The notes below the pieces were generated by a model. It searched no databases. It saw only the letters and a program-made list of their open reading frames with translations, and was not told the origin of the DNA. Positions 15,489 through 20,000 of a DNA stretch of 20,000 nucleotides are shown here, piece after piece. Source of the DNA: Perkinsus olseni (Eukaryota); contig JABANN010000123.1 in assembly GCA_013115125.1 (NCBI GenBank), positions 47,645-67,644 of the forward strand, written 5' to 3'. Numbering within the stretch: position 1 is the stretch's first letter; each line of letters opens with the position of its first letter. The translations under genes and the position numbers were made by a program.

Positions 15489-16649
15489 ATGAAGCGTGTG
15501 ACTTTCGTCCTGTGTGTCTGTCTGGTGTACGTAGCGATAAGTGGAAGAGCAACGCGAGGACTTCCACGCAGCCATTCCAACGGCCCGCCTTTGCAAGAGA
15601 CAGAGCGTAATCGCACTGCTTCTGAGCTCGAGTACAGACGTTGGACACCTGACGATATGATGGTGAAAAGGCCAATGAGTAGAATCAGGAAGGGCCGTAG
15701 ATTTGTTGCAGTTGATCCCCACGCCCCATCCACAAGAGTAAGATTTCTCCCTGCCTACATCCGGGGCAGGTTTAAGGTGCGCTCCTTAGCTTCTGCTCAT
15801 CTTTCAGAATGTCGTGGGTTTTGTGGAGTCGAAGGAAGAACCTCTTCTACCGCAGTGCGTCTGGTCTGCTCTGTAGGGCTACGCTGGATGTGAAGCCTTG
15901 AATGCTCATGCTAAGTGTTGTCGTCAATTCGTTTGAATCCGTTGACGAAAAAGTATAATTGTAGGGGGCGTTGTATAGAGTCGTTGTATAATTCGACGTA
16001 TCATTCTAATCGAATAAATCGGAATAAACTGCGTGAGAATCGGAAAGTGGCTTGCCCGCGGGCCCATGAAAGCTATCCAGGATTACTAGTTAAGCAGCCA
16101 CTCTGACCCTCTGAAAAGAATGGACATTACTCCTTGCTATCAGACCAGAGAAACAACGTCGAACTGCTACTTTAATTTATATATCCTATGTCATGGTACT
16201 GGAGGATTGGCAGAACAGGAAAGTAGGCTCGGCAATGTTTCCGAAGGCCCTTGAGGATGTAAGTGTCAATCACAACCAAGCTCCATCCTATTAGTGTGAG
16301 AATCCGGAAATGCCGCTGTATGAGAGCGCCGATCGATTCGCCAGGGGCGCTCGTTCACTTGTAGATACATTCGCGATGGCCTTCAGCAAGCGGAGTATAC
16401 CTCATTGTGGACGCAACGAACAATCTTGCCGTGAAGCTCTACAAAAAGTTCAACTTCACCGATGTCGGTGGTAAGGATGAACCTCCCCTGCAAAGATGGT
16501 TTGAAGACTCGGTTACCGCGTCTCTTCGGCTTATGACACGTTGTTCTGATGCCCGTCCCATCCAGGCTCTTCTCGTTAGCTTTTTTTTCTGTCTGTCAGA
16601 AAGTGGAGACAAACGTTGCTTCCTGTACAAATACCCCACTTCTTCTTAA
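15489..16649 (+). CDS. GNAT-family acetyltransferase with N-terminal signal peptide, copy 1
   Basis: Exons 15489-15737, 15808-15872, 16144-16258, 16365-16470, 16600-16649. The protein reads MKRVTFVLCVCLVYVAISG...RRFVAVDP...NVVGFVE...IYISYVMVLEDWQNRKVGSAMF (motif A)...GVYLIVDATNNLAVKLYKKFNF (motif B, RimI-like)...YKYPTSS*. Confidence 0.85.
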
Positions 16650-17710
16650 TGGCGTTGATCAGCCATGTTACCAGTTGTTACGATGTCAACTTGCAACATC
16701 TTCCCGCTTTGCTTTGGCTAATGTCAATCCTGGCCATAGCGTTACCTGCCTCTCGGCTTCTCGGTAGAGCTTGGGGCGACCGTACAGTAGAGCACTCTCA
16801 TAAAGAGGATAAGAATACTATCCTACAGTGCATGTAGGAACTCGAGCGACAGTAAACGGCTCTTATACGTCGGTGTGCTTTACCGTCGGCTCGAGCTGCA
16901 GTAGCCGCCACTGTCTCTGGCACTGTGATCGGTCTCGCAGGGTTTAATCCTCATCTGTGGGACAAAGCGCACGAAACGTAGTCCGCTGTCGTGTGTGTGT
17001 GGCGTGAGATAGCACCGACAACTCAAGGGAGGGGCTGCCTGTTTCGGGGACGTGGGAGATCGCTGGGGACTCCATACCGAGCTACGTCTCCCTGAGAAGA
17101 CGCTGAGATAGTTCAGTGAACCTGGGCCGCGTTGTCTATGCAAGACAACTGTTAGAGTCTATCAATTCCGGGTGTTGAACTCGTTAACTCGGCCCATTCA
17201 CGTAATGCGAGATTCCGAAGGGGGAGGCTGTTGAAGGAGACAGCGGGGTTAATTGCCCAAAACCTCGATGATAGACCTGTTTTGTGTGCTAGATTCTCTG
17301 AATCCCCGATGTTCTTGCTATTCGCTTTGCTAAGGGAATCGTGGCGTTGACTCCTAGGCGAAGGATAGACGTAACAGTGCGCTCGTCTCGATGCGCCTTG
17401 CTGGAGGTATGCGCAGTTGAGGGAGACGAGACAGTTTTCCCAGTCAAAATCTCACTCGAGGCCGACATTTCCACTGCGCTCAGCCATCTCTTTCGAGCCG
17501 TTTCACCCGAAGGCCAGATGATCTCAAAATTCGTCAGGAGATCGGATAGCACCGTTGCCAATTATTGCTCCGCTGAGCCAACCTCGTAAGCCCAGCTACT
17601 GGGGAATGAGGGCGCCCGCCCGGTGGCTAGATGGAGTACCTTAGCCCTCGCTGGCTGGCTGGTCGGGGAGCACATCGGCCCATGACTCTCAGTACGCCTT
17701 GTTGCCTCTC

Positions 17711-18721
17711 ATGAATAGTATGTTGTTCGCCTTCTGCCTCTGTTTGGTCCATACAGCGATCAGTAGCACAGGAACCCAAACGTTAATACGGAACCATGCG
17801 GACGGTCCACCCTCAGAGGAGGAAGCGCGACACCGCACTGCTGCTGATCTTGTATACAGACCCTGGAGATCCGGCGATATGATGTACACGACGCCCTTGA
17901 CGAGAGTTAGATGGGGTCGAAGGTTCGTAGCAGTTGATCCGAACGCTCCTGACGAAAGGGTGAGGCTTCCAAGAGTCTTCCCAAGGCTCGGTCGCCTCGC
18001 AAGTGAGAGACGGGACATTCTTCAAGTCCTGCTCATCTCTCAGAATGTCGTGGGATGTGTGGAGGCGAGAGAAGAATCGCTGCCGGCTGAGTGCATCCGG
18101 TCTGCGCTGTAGGACCACCCTCGGTGTGTATCTTCGTCATCCTTGGTCCATCACTCGAGCGAGTCCTATCTATATGGCCTTACTATCGCCGTCCTGCTGT
18201 TCTGGTACTGTATGAACATGACTTCCTGTCAGATCAAGGCGTGCTCGCGTGATGTATATTTCGCATGTCGAGGTTAGGGAAGATTGGCAGAACAGAACGG
18301 TGGGGACGACGATGCTGCGGCAAGCTCTTAAGGATGTAAGTACGAGTCAGAACAACGCTGCCCGGATGCGGCCGCTCGAAAGTGATCAACACTACGTCAG
18401 GGTGGTCGGTCACTCGTAGATACGTTCGACATGGCCAGCAACCATCGGCGTTTACCTCCTTGTAGATGATACCAATGAACCGGCTATGAAGTTATACAGA
18501 AAATTCAACTTCACCTACGTCGGTGGTGAGAAAAAAACTACCCTCCAAAAGGCACTGCTCCTGTGCGATGCTGCTGTTGATTCTGTCGCTGCGTCCTTTC
18601 CAATCACGACTCTCCACGATTCTCGTATCAGTAGCGCTGCAGCTAATGTCTGTAGCACATCATTCAATTGTCAGACGAATGCGGCCTTCCAGTCCTGCTC
18701 TATAAGTATTCTTCTTCTTGA
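17711..18721 (+). CDS. GNAT-family acetyltransferase with N-terminal signal peptide, copy 2
   Basis: Exons 17711-17959, 18044-18108, 18233-18335, 18420-18525, 18675-18721. Exons 1, 2 and 4 (249, 65, 106 nt) match copy 1 in length. The protein reads MNSMLFAFCLCLVHTAISS...RRFVAVDP...NVVGCVE...MYISHVEVREDWQNRTVGTTML...GVYLLVDDTNEPAMKLYRKFNF...YKYSSS*. Confidence 0.85.
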
Positions 18722-19201
18722 TGTCCATCCGGACTCAAGCCAACCATGCTTCCTGTTGCGATGTGTACTTCAATATGGCATACTGCCATATTTTTTGGCG
18801 TTGATTTTTGCAAACGTCAATCGTATTCATCATCAGTTGACATTCACCCTCCCGATCTGCAACGCAAGTCTTGCAGAACGGACGTCGTCCCCAACCAAAG
18901 AGACTGCAGTACATTAACGTGGAGGCCCGCCACTCGCTGGTGCTTCAGAGCCCGAAGAGGGACTGAGTAACACCCATACATCGGCTACCGGCGTGACAGT
19001 CTAGTTTTCGTGTCCTAAGCGTCAAATCCCTGCTGCGGAATGCGATGACCATCGCGGCCTGACACTGAAGGTGAGCGAGTGGCCTGATTCCTCGAGCGGG
19101 AACACGCCCAGGTGAATGTAGTGTGAAACTGCGCCGGCCATTCGTGGAGGAACAGGCTGTTTGAGGATCATACAAAGTCTTCAATCGATCATTGCCGAAG
19201 C

Positions 19202-19852
19202 ATGGCAGCAGAGCAGCTCTTGGCTCAGTCTCTTGTCGAGTCAATCATAGACAAGCTCTGCCGGAGCTGCTACTGGAAAATCGCAGAATCCTATTCCTCG
19301 TTCTCAGGATTCCAGGGTTCCTCTGTGCGTAACTGCCGGCCTCTATAGTGCCACAGGCCGGCCGCTTCCGAGAACACCCTTCTGCTGGGCTACACAATGA
19401 TACCATGACTGCTTGCTGTTGTGACAACTGTCTCCAAGCACTCGGGTCGTACTTATCGGGATTCGAGGACTTTCAGGGGTATCCCAGAGACCTCTCCTGT
19501 ATGATGTTGGATAACTCGACGCGACCGTTCTCGTTCTTCACTTCCCGCTTAGTGTCTCTCGATGCCTCTCGTTCGTCTCGAGTTGCGGCCACGACGAGGT
19601 GACACCAACTCGGAGACGGAAGCACACGGGCGAGCTCTTTTGCATCTTGCACGCAAGCTAGGGCTGCACGCATGCACAAATATCTTCGCCCGATGTTCCC
19701 AGCCTCGAATTAGGTTGCGGTATCAGAGGGAGACCAGGGTGGTCCTGTATTTCTCGCTAGTCTTCATCGGAGCCCTCGTTGTGCTGTGCAGGCCGTATGA
19801 ATGGTTGAGGACTGTATGGAACGGCCGGGTTTGTAGAATCTATACAATGTAG
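19202..19852 (+). CDS. Possible small spliced protein with two CxxC-x10-FxxFQG units and a C-terminal hydrophobic helix
   Basis: CRSCYWKIAESYSSFSGFQG (~19259-19318) and CDNCLQALGSYLSGFEDFQG (~19420-19479) lie in different frames with plausible GT..AG pairs between them. VVLYFSLVFIGALVVLC precedes the TAG at 19852. Start codon and splice sites are uncertain. Confidence 0.3.
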
Positions 19853-20000
19853 ATGACGAGATATCCCTCTGTACTCAGGCTTTATTCATCTACGCAGCGT
19901 CCGCTGCTATTTTATGCATTTCCCGCGCGCACGGTGGTACCAAAATTCAAAGTGCCCCGAGAGAAAAAGCCATTGAAGGGCATCACTTTAAATGTCTACC

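Noticed and set aside
15546-15580. PEXEL- or RxLR-type host-targeting motif after the GNAT signal peptide
   Set aside because: RGLPR in copy 1 does not fit either consensus and is absent from copy 2.
16850-17640. Possible gene between the two GNAT copies (ORFs 17289-17561 minus, 17341-17589 plus)
   Set aside because: No recognisable domain or convincing splice model, so it is left unannotated.

Overview
This is eukaryotic, intron-rich protist DNA: about 50% GC, many 45-120 nt GT-AG introns and very short intergenic gaps. That style suggests a Perkinsus-like alveolate, which is inference only. The supplied ORF track is mostly misleading because the real genes are spliced. All supported genes are on the + strand: (i) a tandem pair of uncharacterised single-pass membrane proteins (4126-5812, 5924-7608) with a signal peptide, a small Cys-containing Tudor/SH3-like ectodomain, one TM helix and a tail rich in RRxS motifs; (ii) a complete spliceosomal DEAH helicase PRP22/DHX8 (7797-13731, about 27 introns); (iii) a Frag1/DRAM/Sfk1-family membrane protein (14061-14941); (iv) a tandem pair of GNAT acetyltransferases with signal peptides (15489-16649, 17711-18721); (v) a possible small CxxC-repeat membrane protein near the end. 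The first ~3.8 kb has no recognisable gene. It holds two dense clusters of sequence-unrelated inverted repeats that nearly all have exactly one spacer base, four of them with 20-22 bp arms. This is the most unusual signal in the window.
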